Part shown: positions 9,562 through 19,258 of the stretch, in pieces | Layout of the letters: each line of letters opens with the position of its first letter | Position numbering within the stretch: the first letter of the stretch is position 1 | NCBI GenBank assembly: GCA_003516765.1 | Contig: DPCD01000166.1 | Coordinates: 1-36,908, forward strand | Source: Clostridiales bacterium | GTDB lineage: Bacteria > Bacillota > Clostridia > Oscillospirales > Oscillospiraceae | Length of the DNA stretch: 36,908 nucleotides | Direction of reading: 5' to 3' | Notes under the pieces: model-generated | Database searches by the model: none | What the model was told of the DNA's origin: nothing | The model's input: the letters and a program-made list of their open reading frames with translations, nothing else | Position numbers and translations under genes: made by a program

Positions 9562-10118
9562 AATTCATACATTCCATCTCTTGCTTTCTTATCTTAAGTT
9601 TGCAGCCCCGGCTTTGGAAAAGCGAGTGCAAATCACCGGCGAAGGAATACTTTGGTTGGTTGAACAGCTTTTTAAAAGACAATTGTGCAAATAATAGAAC
9701 GCGGTTTTATGAAACAAAATTTTATGGACCGGCTTTTCTGTCTTTTCCGCCGCAGCAAGACAATCTGCGTCCGGCTGCGCGGCTGTTTGCCCCGCTCCGG
9801 TGCAAGCCTGCCGTATCGCCCAGGCATTCGCTTCGTTTGCATAATATGCATGCTGCCTTCCTATCCTTGCATGCGCGTCCTGGCACGCCGGGCGCGCCAG
9901 GAGCTGGAGCGGGAGATGGAGCTGTTCAGGACTTGTCGGAAGCCATCACATCGTGTACAATCAAAACATCGCAGATCAGCTGCGCGTGTTTGAGGCGAGA
10001 AGCCACGACAACGACAGGAACGTGCTGGAAACGAACATCGACCGGACCGATACGTTTTCCGCGAACAGGTGCATCGTGTGCGGCGGAGAGATTACGTGTT
10101 ATAAAAGGAGCAATTCAG

Positions 10119-10652
10119 ATGGTATCTACCTGTCATTATGATTCGCCGTTGGGCGGCATTTTGTTGGCAGCGGATGAAATTGGGCTGACCGGCTTGTGGT
10201 TCGACGGGCAAAAATACTTTGCGCGCGGACTGCCTGCGGATCGGGTGGAACGGGAAACGCCAGCGCTGCTTGAGGCAAAGCGCTGGCTGGACATTTACTT
10301 TAGCGGCAAAGAACCGGATTTTACGCCGCCGCTGCACCCCATCGGCTCCGCGTTCCGGCAGTCGGTGTGGGAAATCCTGCTGCAAATTCCCTACGGAAAA
10401 ACCACAACCTACGGCGAAATTGCGAGGCAGCTTTCCGAAAAGATGGGGCTTTCCCGGATATCCGCGCAGGCGGTCGGCGGCGCGGTGGGGCACAACGAAA
10501 TTTCCATCATCATTCCCTGCCATCGGGTTGTCGGCGCGAACGGCAGTCTGACCGGTTACGCCGGGGGGATTGACAAAAAGGGAAAGCTGCTGGAATTGGA
10601 GCATACCGATAGGACCGGATTTTTCGTGCCGAGGAAGGGCACGGCGCTTTGA
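10119..10652 (+). CDS. ogt: Methylated-DNA-protein-cysteine S-methyltransferase
   Basis: ATG 10119 after AGGAG; IPYGKTTTYGEIA, AQAVGGAVG, IPCHRV active site, LTGYAGG. Confidence 0.93.
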   Translation: MVSTCHYDSPLGGILLAADEIGLTGLWFDGQKYFARGLPADRVERETPALLEAKRWLDIYFSGKEPDFTPPLHPIGSAFRQSVWEILLQIPYGKTTTYGEIARQLSEKMGLSRISAQAVGGAVGHNEISIIIPCHRVVGANGSLTGYAGGIDKKGKLLELEHTDRTGFFVPRKGTAL

Positions 10653-10702
10653 CGGCAGAGCCTTTACATCGCTGCAGCTGCGACACAAAAGGCGCGGCAT
10701 GG

Positions 10703-10748
10703 AACAACGGCTCGGATCTGCAGACGCAGGGCCGAGCCGTTGTTTTTT
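10703..10748 (+). terminator. Intrinsic terminator after ogt
   Basis: AACAACGGCTCGG...CCGAGCCGTTGTT followed by TTTT. Confidence 0.7.
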
Positions 10749-11229
10749 GGAGGAAACATCCATCGGACGTTCGGGTGGTTTCAAAAACGCATCGGTAGGA
10801 TCAGATGGTTCTTCGGCATGTTTCTGCCTGCATGCTTCGATTTGTGAAGCAAATGATATCCTGTTTTTGGTATGCGATCTTTCCTCCCAGTGTGATTCTC
10901 CTATCCTATTACGAGGGGCGGAAACGGGCAAGTTCGTTTCGGCACAGATGCAGTATTGTTGATTGATGTGTATTTACTGCAAATTTCACCCATCGGATGG
11001 CGTGAATATGCACAAATTCACAAGAATCAAAAGCTGCAGTTTGCACGAAAATATAAATGCGGGCATTCTTTTTCGAAATTTTCTGTAGCTTTCCGAAGGG
11101 CACTGGTATATTCTATATAATATGGGGAGAGCGTTTTTTTCGGAAACGCACGATCCCCGGCAAAGAAAATCTTTCAGCAAAGCACGATCCTTGTTTCACA
11201 AATTCATGTTTAAACTGGAGGAAACGGTT

Positions 11230-13110
11230 ATGGTTGACGCATACTTTGGACGCTTTGTTCTCCCGGAAGATCTGCACGCGGCGCTTATGAAATGCCGCTC
11301 GATTGCCTACATTGAGACGCAGGAAGAATTAGACGAGCTCGTCTTCGGTCCGACGCATTCGTCCCGCTATGATGTCGTTTACAACATCGTCGGCAAAGGA
11401 AGCGTCAAGGAAGCGGAGGTCATCCGCTGCAAAAACGGCGCGTCGGTAAACTTCATGGAAGACTATATGCGCAGGCGTGACCCCAACTCGATGGTCATCA
11501 GTGACGATCTTCCGACCGACAAGCCGCGTTTTCTCGATCGGTTCGGCTATTCCTTCTCGAAGGTGCGGCAGGAGACGATGGACTGGCTGTCCGAGCAGCG
11601 CGTGATTATGCTACCCTTTAAGGCGGGCGACCCGGCGCACGGGTATGACAGCTTGCTCGTTTGCCCGGCGAACGCGGCGTTCTTCGCGTTGGCGCTTGCC
11701 AACATGCAGGGGTTTGTCGCGATTCAGGATATCCCCGAAAATTACACCCCGCGCGCGATTATCTACGTCGCGCCGCCCTTCCGGCACACGCATTTTGACG
11801 GCAAGCAGGTCGTGGTCCACAACCGCAGCGAGACCCTGCACGAGGTTTTCGCGTACAATCTTTACCCGGGACCCTCTGCCAAAAAGGGTGTGTACTCCGT
11901 CCTTCTTGATATCGGCGAGCACGAGGGTTGGGTCTGCTGCCACGCATCGTCTGCGCTCGTCGAAACGCCGTATGAAAACGAGACGGTCTTTATGCACGAA
12001 GGGGCGTCCGGTGGTGGCAAGAGCGAGATGCTGGAGGATTTCAAGCGTGAGCCGGATGGAAGACTTCTTCTTGGCGAACACGTGCTGACAGGCGAGCAAT
12101 ATTTCTTAGACCTGCGCGAGTCGTGCAGCATTTTCCCAATTTCAGACGATATGGCACTTTGCCACTCGGCGTATCAGGACCCGGTCGAAGGCAAGCTCCG
12201 CATCGTAGATGCCGAAGCCGGTTGGTTCCTCCGCATGGACAGTCTGCATGCCTACGGCAATAACCCGATCTACGAAAAAGCGTCGATTCACCCGTCGAGA
12301 CCGCTGCTGTTTTTCAACATGGACGGCGTGCCGGGCGCGACATGCCTGATCTGGGAGCACGTGAAGGACTCGAATGGGCAGCCGTGCCCGAACCCGCGCG
12401 TGATTATTCCGCGCGACATGATCGAGCATATCGTCCCGCGCGAGCCGGTGTCTGTTGATGTGCGAAGCTTCGGCGTGCGTATGCCGCCGTCGACCGCGGA
12501 GCAGCCCAACTACGGCGTGATGGGCTTGCTTCACATCATTCCGCCGTCGCTTGCGTGGCTGTGGCGGCTGGTCTCGCCGCGCGGCTTTAAGAACCCCAGC
12601 ATCGTCGACGGCGGAGGCGGCATGAAGAGCGAGGGTGTCGGCTCTTATTGGCCGTTTGCGACGGGGCTTCGCGTGACGCAGGCGAATCTACTCTTGAGAC
12701 AGATCATGGCGTGCCCGAAGACGCTCAACGTTCTCATTCCGAACCAGCACATCGGCGCATACAAGATCGGATTTATGAGCGAGTGGATCGCGCGGGAATA
12801 TTTGGCGCGGCACAACGGCGAGATTAAGGCAAAGCACTTGACGCCCGCAAGATGCTCGCTGTTCGGCTATGCCTTAGTTGACATGAAGCTCGATGGGCAG
12901 TATGTCCGCCAGACCTTCCTTCGCCCCGAGACGCAGTCGAAGCTCGGCATCGATGGCTACGACGCGGGCGCGAAAATTCTGACCGACTTCTTCAAAGATC
13001 AGATCAAGCAGTATCTCACCGATGATCTCGACCCGCTGGGCAGACAAATTATCGAGTGCTGCCTGAACGATGGCACGCTGGACGATTATCTCAGACTTAC
13101 CCCGATGTAA
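11230..13110 (+). CDS. DUF4914-family protein (PEP carboxykinase-like P-loop fold)
   Basis: ATG 11230 after GGAGG; YMRRRDP, YPGPSAKKG, HEGASGGGKSE, SDDM, CPNPR and SEGVGSYWPF motifs; about 626 aa. Confidence 0.8.
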   Translation: MVDAYFGRFVLPEDLHAALMKCRSIAYIETQEELDELVFGPTHSSRYDVVYNIVGKGSVKEAEVIRCKNGASVNFMEDYMRRRDPNSMVISDDLPTDKPRFLDRFGYSFSKVRQETMDWLSEQRVIMLPFKAGDPAHGYDSLLVCPANAAFFALALANMQGFVAIQDIPENYTPRAIIYVAPPFRHTHFDGKQVVVHNRSETLHEVFAYNLYPGPSAKKGVYSVLLDIGEHEGWVCCHASSALVETPYENETVFMHEGASGGGKSEMLEDFKREPDGRLLLGEHVLTGEQYFLDLRESCSIFPISDDMALCHSAYQDPVEGKLRIVDAEAGWFLRMDSLHAYGNNPIYEKASIHPSRPLLFFNMDGVPGATCLIWEHVKDSNGQPCPNPRVIIPRDMIEHIVPREPVSVDVRSFGVRMPPSTAEQPNYGVMGLLHIIPPSLAWLWRLVSPRGFKNPSIVDGGGGMKSEGVGSYWPFATGLRVTQANLLLRQIMACPKTLNVLIPNQHIGAYKIGFMSEWIAREYLARHNGEIKAKHLTPARCSLFGYALVDMKLDGQYVRQTFLRPETQSKLGIDGYDAGAKILTDFFKDQIKQYLTDDLDPLGRQIIECCLNDGTLDDYLRLTPM

Positions 13111-13146
13111 CCTGGAACAACAGAATATGCCCGAGTAAAAACGAAA

Positions 13147-13281
13147 TGCTTCCGGGCGTTCGTCTGCGACAGCGACGATATCACCTGCGCAAATCTTCAC
13201 CCGAAGCTTCTCCGGCATCGGACGCGAACGCTGGGCAGGGGCAACGCCTGCTGCGATTTCTGCCTGCGGATCAAAGAATAG
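13147..13281 (+). pseudogene. C-terminal remnant of an L-2-amino-thiazoline-4-carboxylic acid hydrolase-like protein
   Basis: CDSDDITCANLHPKLLRHRTRTLGRGNACCDFCLRIKE* (13165-13281) matches the family tail C..D....R..TL..G..CCDF. Too short for the ORF track. Confidence 0.65.
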
Positions 13282-13320
13282 TTAGGGGCATGTGAAGCTG
13301 GACATCCGGCGTTTCTGTAG

Positions 13321-13359
13321 AAAAAAGCGATACCCCGGTGAGCTTGCCGGGGTATCGCT
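13321..13359 (-). terminator. Intrinsic terminator after rsgA
   Basis: AGCGATACCCCGG / CCGGGGTATCGCT 13-bp stem, followed by a T-run on the minus strand. Confidence 0.8.
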
Positions 13360-13381
13360 GTATGTGTGGGCAGCTTTTCGG

Positions 13382-14374
13382 TCAGCTGCCGCTTTTTCGA
13401 TTTGTCTTGTTGGTTTTTGAGATGCTCTTGAATTTTTCGCGTTTGGCGTCCAGATAGCGGCTGCGCTCCGCCGCAGAAGCATTTTCCAGCTTCAGCTTCC
13501 GGAACGATTCCCAGCGTCCGGCGTCCAGCGTGCCGTCTGCCAGCGCTTTCAGAACCGCGCAGCCGGGCTCTGCGGTGTGCGTGCAGTTGGAAAACCGGCA
13601 GGCGCGCGTCAGCTCCAGAAGGTCCTGAAACGCCGTGTCGATGCCGCCGTCGCTGTCCCACATGCCGAGCTCGCGCATGCCCGGTGTGTCGATCAGAAAT
13701 GCGCCGTTCGGAAGGGGAAAAAGCTGGCGGTGCGTAGTGGTGTGCCTGCCCTTGTCGGCAGTTCCGACGGCGCCCGTGGCAAGTGCGCTGGTTCCCATGA
13801 GCTTGTTGATCAGCGTGGATTTTCCGACGCCGGAGGAGCCGAGAAACGCAACCGTCCTGCCCGGAAGGATGTAGGGAAGGACCGCGTCCGTATCGCCGGT
13901 AAGAGACGAGACCGTGAGAATTTCCGCCCCGGGCGCGGCGGTCCGCACCTGCGCGATTTTTCCTTCCGGGTCCTGGCACAGATCCGCTTTGGTCAGGACC
14001 ACCACCGGCTCCGCGCCGCTGTCATACGCAATGGAGAGATAGCGCTCCAGGCGGCGGAGGTTGAAATTCTGGTTGAGCGACATGCACAGAAAGACCGTGT
14101 CGATGTTTGCCGCGACGACCTGCTCCTGCTTTGCGCTGCCGGCAGCTTTCCGAAGAAAGCAGCTTTTGCGCGGAAGCAGGCTGCGGATGATTGCAGGGGA
14201 GCCGGCTTCCTGCCACTCGGCAAGGACATAGTCGCCCACCGCCGGATAGTCGGAGACTGTCTGCGCTTCATAGCGGAATTTGCCGGAGACGGACGCCTGC
14301 TTCACTTCCGTGCCGCTGCTGATCTGATACAGCCCTTTTTCCTGCGAGATGACTCTCGCGCGTAGCTCGCTCAT
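13382..14374 (-). CDS. rsgA: Ribosome small subunit-dependent GTPase A (circularly permuted GTPase)
   Basis: PAVGD, AANID, TKAD, GSSGVGKST, GRHTTT, DTPG and CRFSNCTHTAEPGC zinc finger. ATGA overlap with the upstream gene. Confidence 0.93.
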   Translation of the reverse strand: MSELRARVISQEKGLYQISSGTEVKQASVSGKFRYEAQTVSDYPAVGDYVLAEWQEAGSPAIIRSLLPRKSCFLRKAAGSAKQEQVVAANIDTVFLCMSLNQNFNLRRLERYLSIAYDSGAEPVVVLTKADLCQDPEGKIAQVRTAAPGAEILTVSSLTGDTDAVLPYILPGRTVAFLGSSGVGKSTLINKLMGTSALATGAVGTADKGRHTTTHRQLFPLPNGAFLIDTPGMRELGMWDSDGGIDTAFQDLLELTRACRFSNCTHTAEPGCAVLKALADGTLDAGRWESFRKLKLENASAAERSRYLDAKREKFKSISKTNKTNRKSGS

Positions 14375-15312
14375 ATGCACATCTGCCTTTCCGGGGATAA
14401 GATGTCTTCCAGGGTGTAAGGCTTTTCGGGGAACTGGTGCCGGGTATGTTCCTGCGTCGTCAGCGTTACAGGAAGACCTGCATCCTTTGCCGCGGTATAG
14501 AGCTGCCTGGCAAGCGGCAGGCAGTCTTCATCCTCCAGACCGCAGAAAATCCGCAGCGCAATGTGCTTTTCCCGGAGTGCCCGCACCAGCGCGTCCGAAT
14601 GCTCCTGCAGAACCGGAGTCCACGGGCTTTGCAGGACCAGCACATCGCAGCGCGCCGGGGTGAAGCAAATGGCGCGCAGCAGCATGTCGCACCCGGCGGA
14701 AAAGCCGCCGCAGACCATTGTTTCATAGCCCTCTGTCTGCAGCGCTTCCAGCGCGCCTGCGACCGGCAGGAACGAAGCCATGTCATAGCTCCAGCGGTAC
14801 GTGCCGCAGCCGTCCGGCTCGGCGCTCTGGACGGTTTCCAGCTGCCAGCGTGCGCTGCCCGCCAGCACCGGCGCCCAGTCTTCGCGCGCGAGATCGGCGT
14901 TCTGCGTGTTTCCGTGGACGGCAAGAAACAGGTTTGCAGCCGTTTTCGATTTTCGGGAAAAGACCGCCTTCGACGTTTCGCGGGCTTTTTGATAGCGCGC
15001 GTCGGAGACGGCTTTCAGAGAAAGAAATTCAGGATTGCCGCTCAGCGTTTCGAGATCGTCGTCGATCAGCACCTCCGGGCGATACCACCAGCCGTTCTCT
15101 AAAACGGCTTTTTTGAGCCAGCCGAGCGCAGCTTCCGAAAGCCCCGTGCCGCCTGAAAGACAGGCAAGGAAGTAGAACGTCTGCGGTCCGTATGCTGCCG
15201 GGCTTTTTTCGTAGGCATCCAGCAAAAAACGATATGCCTGCGCGTAATCTGTTTCGGCGATGGACAGGACCTGCTCCAGCAGATCCGCTTCTTTTTTCAG
15301 ATTCAATGGCAT
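14371..15312 (-). CDS. Hypothetical protein: helical/TPR-like N-domain plus alpha/beta-hydrolase-like domain
   Basis: AVHGN, GGFSAG nucleophile elbow, GLEDED and HQFP as candidate triad. Start is ATG 15312 or TTG 15306 after AAGGAG. Confidence 0.7.
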   Translation of the reverse strand: MPLNLKKEADLLEQVLSIAETDYAQAYRFLLDAYEKSPAAYGPQTFYFLACLSGGTGLSEAALGWLKKAVLENGWWYRPEVLIDDDLETLSGNPEFLSLKAVSDARYQKARETSKAVFSRKSKTAANLFLAVHGNTQNADLAREDWAPVLAGSARWQLETVQSAEPDGCGTYRWSYDMASFLPVAGALEALQTEGYETMVCGGFSAGCDMLLRAICFTPARCDVLVLQSPWTPVLQEHSDALVRALREKHIALRIFCGLEDEDCLPLARQLYTAAKDAGLPVTLTTQEHTRHQFPEKPYTLEDILSPERQMCI

Positions 15313-15342
15313 TCTCCTTTTTGAATTTGATTTATAATGACT

Positions 15343-15372
15343 AATATATATCAACCATACGATGAAAGTCAA
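15343..15372 (-). promoter_or_regulatory. Putative sigma70 promoter for the hydrolase-rsgA pair
   Basis: TTGACT-18 nt-TATATT on the minus strand. Confidence 0.4.
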
Positions 15373-15379
15373 CCGCAAT

Positions 15380-17041
15380 TTACACATGGGACAGCGCAGC
15401 ATTCCGCTGGGACCCGATTTCGATGGTTCTGCCGCCGAGATTTTCGTAAATGCGGTGTGAGACGGAAAGTACGGTGCGCCCTTCGCAGGCGCGGCGCAGC
15501 GCGGCAAGCACGCGCTGTTCGGTTTCGGCGTCCAGATTTGCCGTGATCTCGTCGAGAAGCAGCACGGCAGGATTTGCCGCCGCAGCGCGCGCGATGGACA
15601 GCAGCTGCCACTCGCCCTGCGAGAACAGCCCCTCCGTGCATATCGTATGATAGCCCTCCGGCAGCGCCTGCACGGCAGCGTCGATACCGGCAAGACGCGC
15701 AGCATGTTTTGCCATTTCCTCGGTGATCTGCGGATCGCCGAGCGTGATCTGGTCCAGCACTGTGCCCGGCACGCGGGAAAAATGCTGCTCCACGCAGCCG
15801 ATGCAGCTGCGGCGCGTCCGGTCCGAAATTGCCGAAGCGTCTACGCCGCCGATGGTGACGGTTCCTGCCTGCGGCGGATACAGTCCCAGCAGGAGCTTAA
15901 AAACCGTGCTTTTGCCCGCACCGGTCCTGCCGACGAGCGTGATTTGCTCGCCCTGCTTGACGGTCATGGAAAAATCGCGCAGGACGGGCGCTTCGCCGTA
16001 GCCGAAGGTGACGTGCGACAGCACGACATCGCCGCGCGCGGCTGTGTTTTTCTTTTCCATAGCGCGCTCGGGCTGGGCAAGAAAAGCGTCGATGCGCCTG
16101 ACGCCTGCCATTGCCGACTGGATGGTCTGGATTTCCATGCCGAGACTTTCAATGGGCGCAAAAATGCGCGAGATGTAGTTGATCACGGCAACCGAGGTGC
16201 CGACCGACATACCGAACAGAGATAGAATCCGCGCATTGCCGGAGGCGGATAGCAGCATGACGATGCCGACCACGACGGCGTTCAGCAGCAGAACGACGGG
16301 GGAGTAGATCGCGTCATAGAAATTGGTGCGCTCCATCGCGGCGTAGCCGTCTGCGATGCGCTGGTCGTAGCGGCGCGCCATGTAGTCCTCCAAACCCAAG
16401 GCGCGGATGGTGCGGATGTTATGAAGCGTCTCGGGCACCTGCGCAGATGCATCAGCGACGGTGCGGCGATGGTCGAGCTGTGCGCAGAGCATCCGCTTCT
16501 GCACCTGCCGGGTAAACACGGCGAAAAGCGGCAGCACCAGCAGCAAAACCAGCGCCAGACCGGTGTTTTTGACCGCGATGACCGCAAGAATCGAGACGAT
16601 GCGGCAGGCGTCCGCTGCCATGCTGATGATACCGGAGGTAAAAAGCGCCTCCACAGTGTCGACATCGCCGGAAAAGCGCGCGGCAACCTCGCCGGGGTTC
16701 TGCCCTGCCAGCGTGCCTGCCGGAAGGCGCGTCAGCTTCTGCGACATCTCGGTGCGCAGCGCATGGGTCATTTTCTGCCCGAACAGCACAAGAAGACTCT
16801 CTTGCGCGGAAGAGAGAAGTCCTTCCAGCGCGAGGCTGCCGAAATAAAGAAGCACTGCGAAAGCAGTCAGCGGCAGACCATCTGTCAGCCGGTCGATGAT
16901 GCGCGCCAGCAGCAGCGGCGCAAGCAGCGACGAGCCGACCGACGCTGCCACGCACAGAAGCGTTCCCACCGTGAGAAGCCGGTGCACCGACGCTGCCGCC
17001 CGGATGGCGGCGAAGACGCCGCTGTTATGGCTGCTTTTCAT
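15380..17041 (-). CDS. ABC exporter, fused TMD-NBD (heterodimer subunit with catalytic Glu)
   Basis: ATG 17041 with GGAGG; transmembrane N-half, GRTGAGKST, degenerate signature FSQGE, LLLDE. Confidence 0.9.
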   Translation of the reverse strand: MKSSHNSGVFAAIRAAASVHRLLTVGTLLCVAASVGSSLLAPLLLARIIDRLTDGLPLTAFAVLLYFGSLALEGLLSSAQESLLVLFGQKMTHALRTEMSQKLTRLPAGTLAGQNPGEVAARFSGDVDTVEALFTSGIISMAADACRIVSILAVIAVKNTGLALVLLLVLPLFAVFTRQVQKRMLCAQLDHRRTVADASAQVPETLHNIRTIRALGLEDYMARRYDQRIADGYAAMERTNFYDAIYSPVVLLLNAVVVGIVMLLSASGNARILSLFGMSVGTSVAVINYISRIFAPIESLGMEIQTIQSAMAGVRRIDAFLAQPERAMEKKNTAARGDVVLSHVTFGYGEAPVLRDFSMTVKQGEQITLVGRTGAGKSTVFKLLLGLYPPQAGTVTIGGVDASAISDRTRRSCIGCVEQHFSRVPGTVLDQITLGDPQITEEMAKHAARLAGIDAAVQALPEGYHTICTEGLFSQGEWQLLSIARAAAANPAVLLLDEITANLDAETEQRVLAALRRACEGRTVLSVSHRIYENLGGRTIEIGSQRNAALSHV

Positions 17042-18767
17042 GTGCAGTCCCTCCTGTCTGGCTTTCATAGAGCCTGTGATACGCCGGAACGGTCCGGAGA
17101 AGTTCCTCGTGCGTGCCGACGGCAGTTTTGCCGTCTTCCATGAAAATGACCTGCTGCAGCTGCGGGAAGTGATACAGCCGGTGCGAAATCAGGAAGACAA
17201 CCTTGTCTTTCGCGTAGTCCTGCAGCCTTGCAAAGATGGCGTCTTCCGTGCTGCGGTCGAGCGCGGAGAACGGATCGTCGAGAATCAGGACGGGTCTCGG
17301 ATGCGCCAGCGTTCTTGCCAGCGCCAGCCGCTGCGCCTGTCCGCCGGAAAGGCGTGTGCCGCCGCTGCCGATGACGGTTTGCGGTCCGTGCTCCATGCAG
17401 AGCACTTCATCTTGCAGGCAGACGGCTTTCAGATATGGCATGGCGTCCTGCTCGCTTCCGCACAGAACGTTGTTTTCGATCGTGTCGGCGCTCAGTTCCG
17501 GGTCGTGCCCCAGATAGCCAACCGCTGCGGCAAGCCGGCGCGGCGGGAGCGCGGAAAGCTCTGCCTGTCCGAATGCTGCCGAACCGCCGTAAGGCGCTTC
17601 GCAGAGAAATACCCGCCCGAAGGTCGATTTGCCGCAGGCGACGGGACCGGTCACGCCGATGATCTCGCCGGGCTGCGCCGTCAGGCTGAGTCCCGAGAAC
17701 ACAGGCGTTTCGCCATAGGAAAACGAGAGGCTTTCCAGCGTCACGGTCTGCGTGTCCACGATGGTGAGCGGCGCAAGCTTCTCGGGCGTTTTCATCAGCG
17801 GCTGGATGCGCTTCCAGGAGACCTCCGCCTTCTGCACGGAGTTAAAGAGCTTTGCCACATTGGACGATTTGACCGTCAGCCTGGTGAAGCAGGACAGAAA
17901 GGTGGTAAATGCTGCGATGTCCCAGGCGCGCCAGCCGGTGCCGAGCACGTTTTTCGCGCCGAACCACAAAATGAACAGCACGCCCGCCTCCGATATGGCA
18001 AGGTATAATGGCGGCAGGGCAGACTGCCGGACGCTGCTGCGCACGGCGGTTTTTTCATAGTCATCCAGCGCGGCTTCATACTGTGTCTCGCGGGCGCGTT
18101 CGCAGCCGTAAATCCGATAGGTCAGGGCGTTCTGCGCGCGGTCGAGCGTCGCGGCGTTCAATGCGCCTGCCGCTTTTTTATAAGCAGCGCCCGCGCGCTG
18201 CACCGGCTTTTTCATCCACGCTGCGCAAGCGTAGGACGCAGGCGTAAAAAGAAGACTCAGAAGCGCCAGCCGCCAGTCGTAGACCAGAAGCATGATGACA
18301 TAGCCGACCAGCGCCACGCCGGTATCAAAAACCTCCGTCGTAAACTTGCGCATGCCCTCGACGCAGTCGTCCACGTCGGAGATTGCCCTGGTCAGCAGCT
18401 CGCCCGCGCCCGCTTCTTCGAGTTCGGACCGGCGGCTTCTGACCAGATTGGCATACAGCACGCCCTTCATCCGGCGGTTGATGTTGTTGGCAAAGCGGCG
18501 GACATAGAAACGCTTGACAAACCGCGCCGCCTGCACTGCCAGTGTGACGAGAACGTAGAAAAGCACCAGCACTGCCATGCTTGCAGCGCGCGCGTTTCCG
18601 CCCAGAATGTCTGCCAGCCGCTGTGCCAGCTGCCCCTCAAACCACGGCGCGGCAAGGAGCCCGACGTTGTAGAAAAGCCCGGAGAGCGTCACGAAGATCA
18701 GGGGCAGAAGCTCGGCGCGGAAGTAGGAGAAAATCCGGTCCGGGCGAAAGTCGTTATTCTGCTTCAT
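17025..18767 (-). CDS. ABC exporter, fused TMD-NBD (heterodimer subunit with degenerate Walker B)
   Basis: ATG 18767; GPVACGKST, LSGGQ, LILDD, ISHRL. Confidence 0.9.
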   Translation of the reverse strand: MKQNNDFRPDRIFSYFRAELLPLIFVTLSGLFYNVGLLAAPWFEGQLAQRLADILGGNARAASMAVLVLFYVLVTLAVQAARFVKRFYVRRFANNINRRMKGVLYANLVRSRRSELEEAGAGELLTRAISDVDDCVEGMRKFTTEVFDTGVALVGYVIMLLVYDWRLALLSLLFTPASYACAAWMKKPVQRAGAAYKKAAGALNAATLDRAQNALTYRIYGCERARETQYEAALDDYEKTAVRSSVRQSALPPLYLAISEAGVLFILWFGAKNVLGTGWRAWDIAAFTTFLSCFTRLTVKSSNVAKLFNSVQKAEVSWKRIQPLMKTPEKLAPLTIVDTQTVTLESLSFSYGETPVFSGLSLTAQPGEIIGVTGPVACGKSTFGRVFLCEAPYGGSAAFGQAELSALPPRRLAAAVGYLGHDPELSADTIENNVLCGSEQDAMPYLKAVCLQDEVLCMEHGPQTVIGSGGTRLSGGQAQRLALARTLAHPRPVLILDDPFSALDRSTEDAIFARLQDYAKDKVVFLISHRLYHFPQLQQVIFMEDGKTAVGTHEELLRTVPAYHRLYESQTGGTAHEKQP

Positions 18768-19233
18768 CGGCTTCGACCCTCCCGGCTGCGCCTGTAAAGT
18801 GCGGGAAGCCCGCGCGGCTTTCCGCCTTGGACGCGGCATAGAGCTTGTTGAGCGCCGCGGCAAAAAGGGCTGCTTCTTCCGGCGTCAGCGCGCCCAGCAG
18901 GTACTCGTAAAACGCCGCCTCGATCTCTGCTTTGGAGGCTTTCAGGCGCTCTGCCTTCTGCGTCGGATACAGCAGCTGGCTGCGCCGGTCGTTCGGTGCG
19001 TCCCTGCGTATGAGATAGCCCTTTGCCTCCAGATTCCGGGTCCGGCGCGCAATGGCAGCCTTGTCGGCGTGCAGAAGCTTGGCAAGTGCCGCCTGCGTGC
19101 AGCCAGGGTTGTGGCGCAGGGCGTGAATCAGATCGATTTCCGCCGTGCCGACGTCTGTTTCGCGCAGTGTGCGCAGGACGAGCTTTTCCGCCTCGCGCGC
19201 AATTTTGGTAATTTTTCGTTCGGTAATATCCAT
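18754..19233 (-). CDS. MarR-family transcriptional regulator
   Basis: PGCTQAALA..DKAAIAR..LEAKGYLIR..DRRS; GGAGG RBS. Confidence 0.9.
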   Translation of the reverse strand: MDITERKITKIAREAEKLVLRTLRETDVGTAEIDLIHALRHNPGCTQAALAKLLHADKAAIARRTRNLEAKGYLIRRDAPNDRRSQLLYPTQKAERLKASKAEIEAAFYEYLLGALTPEEAALFAAALNKLYAASKAESRAGFPHFTGAAGRVEADEAE

Positions 19234-19258
19234 GACAGCCTCCGTGCCTGAAAAGAAA

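Noticed and set aside
9600..10118. N-terminal extension making a 350-aa Ada-like Ogt
   Set aside because: No Ada zinc or AraC motifs, and a good RBS precedes ATG 10119. The region may hold unidentifiable gene scraps.
10960..11125. Rex operator or promoter upstream of DUF4914 (GTGAAT-N8-ATTCAC, TATAAT at 11116)
   Set aside because: Spacing does not fit the Rex consensus and there is no convincing -35 at the right distance.
15313..15705. 444-aa version of the hydrolase-like ORF
   Set aside because: The extension overlaps the ABC gene and an AT-rich promoter region; the RBS supports a start at 15306-15312.
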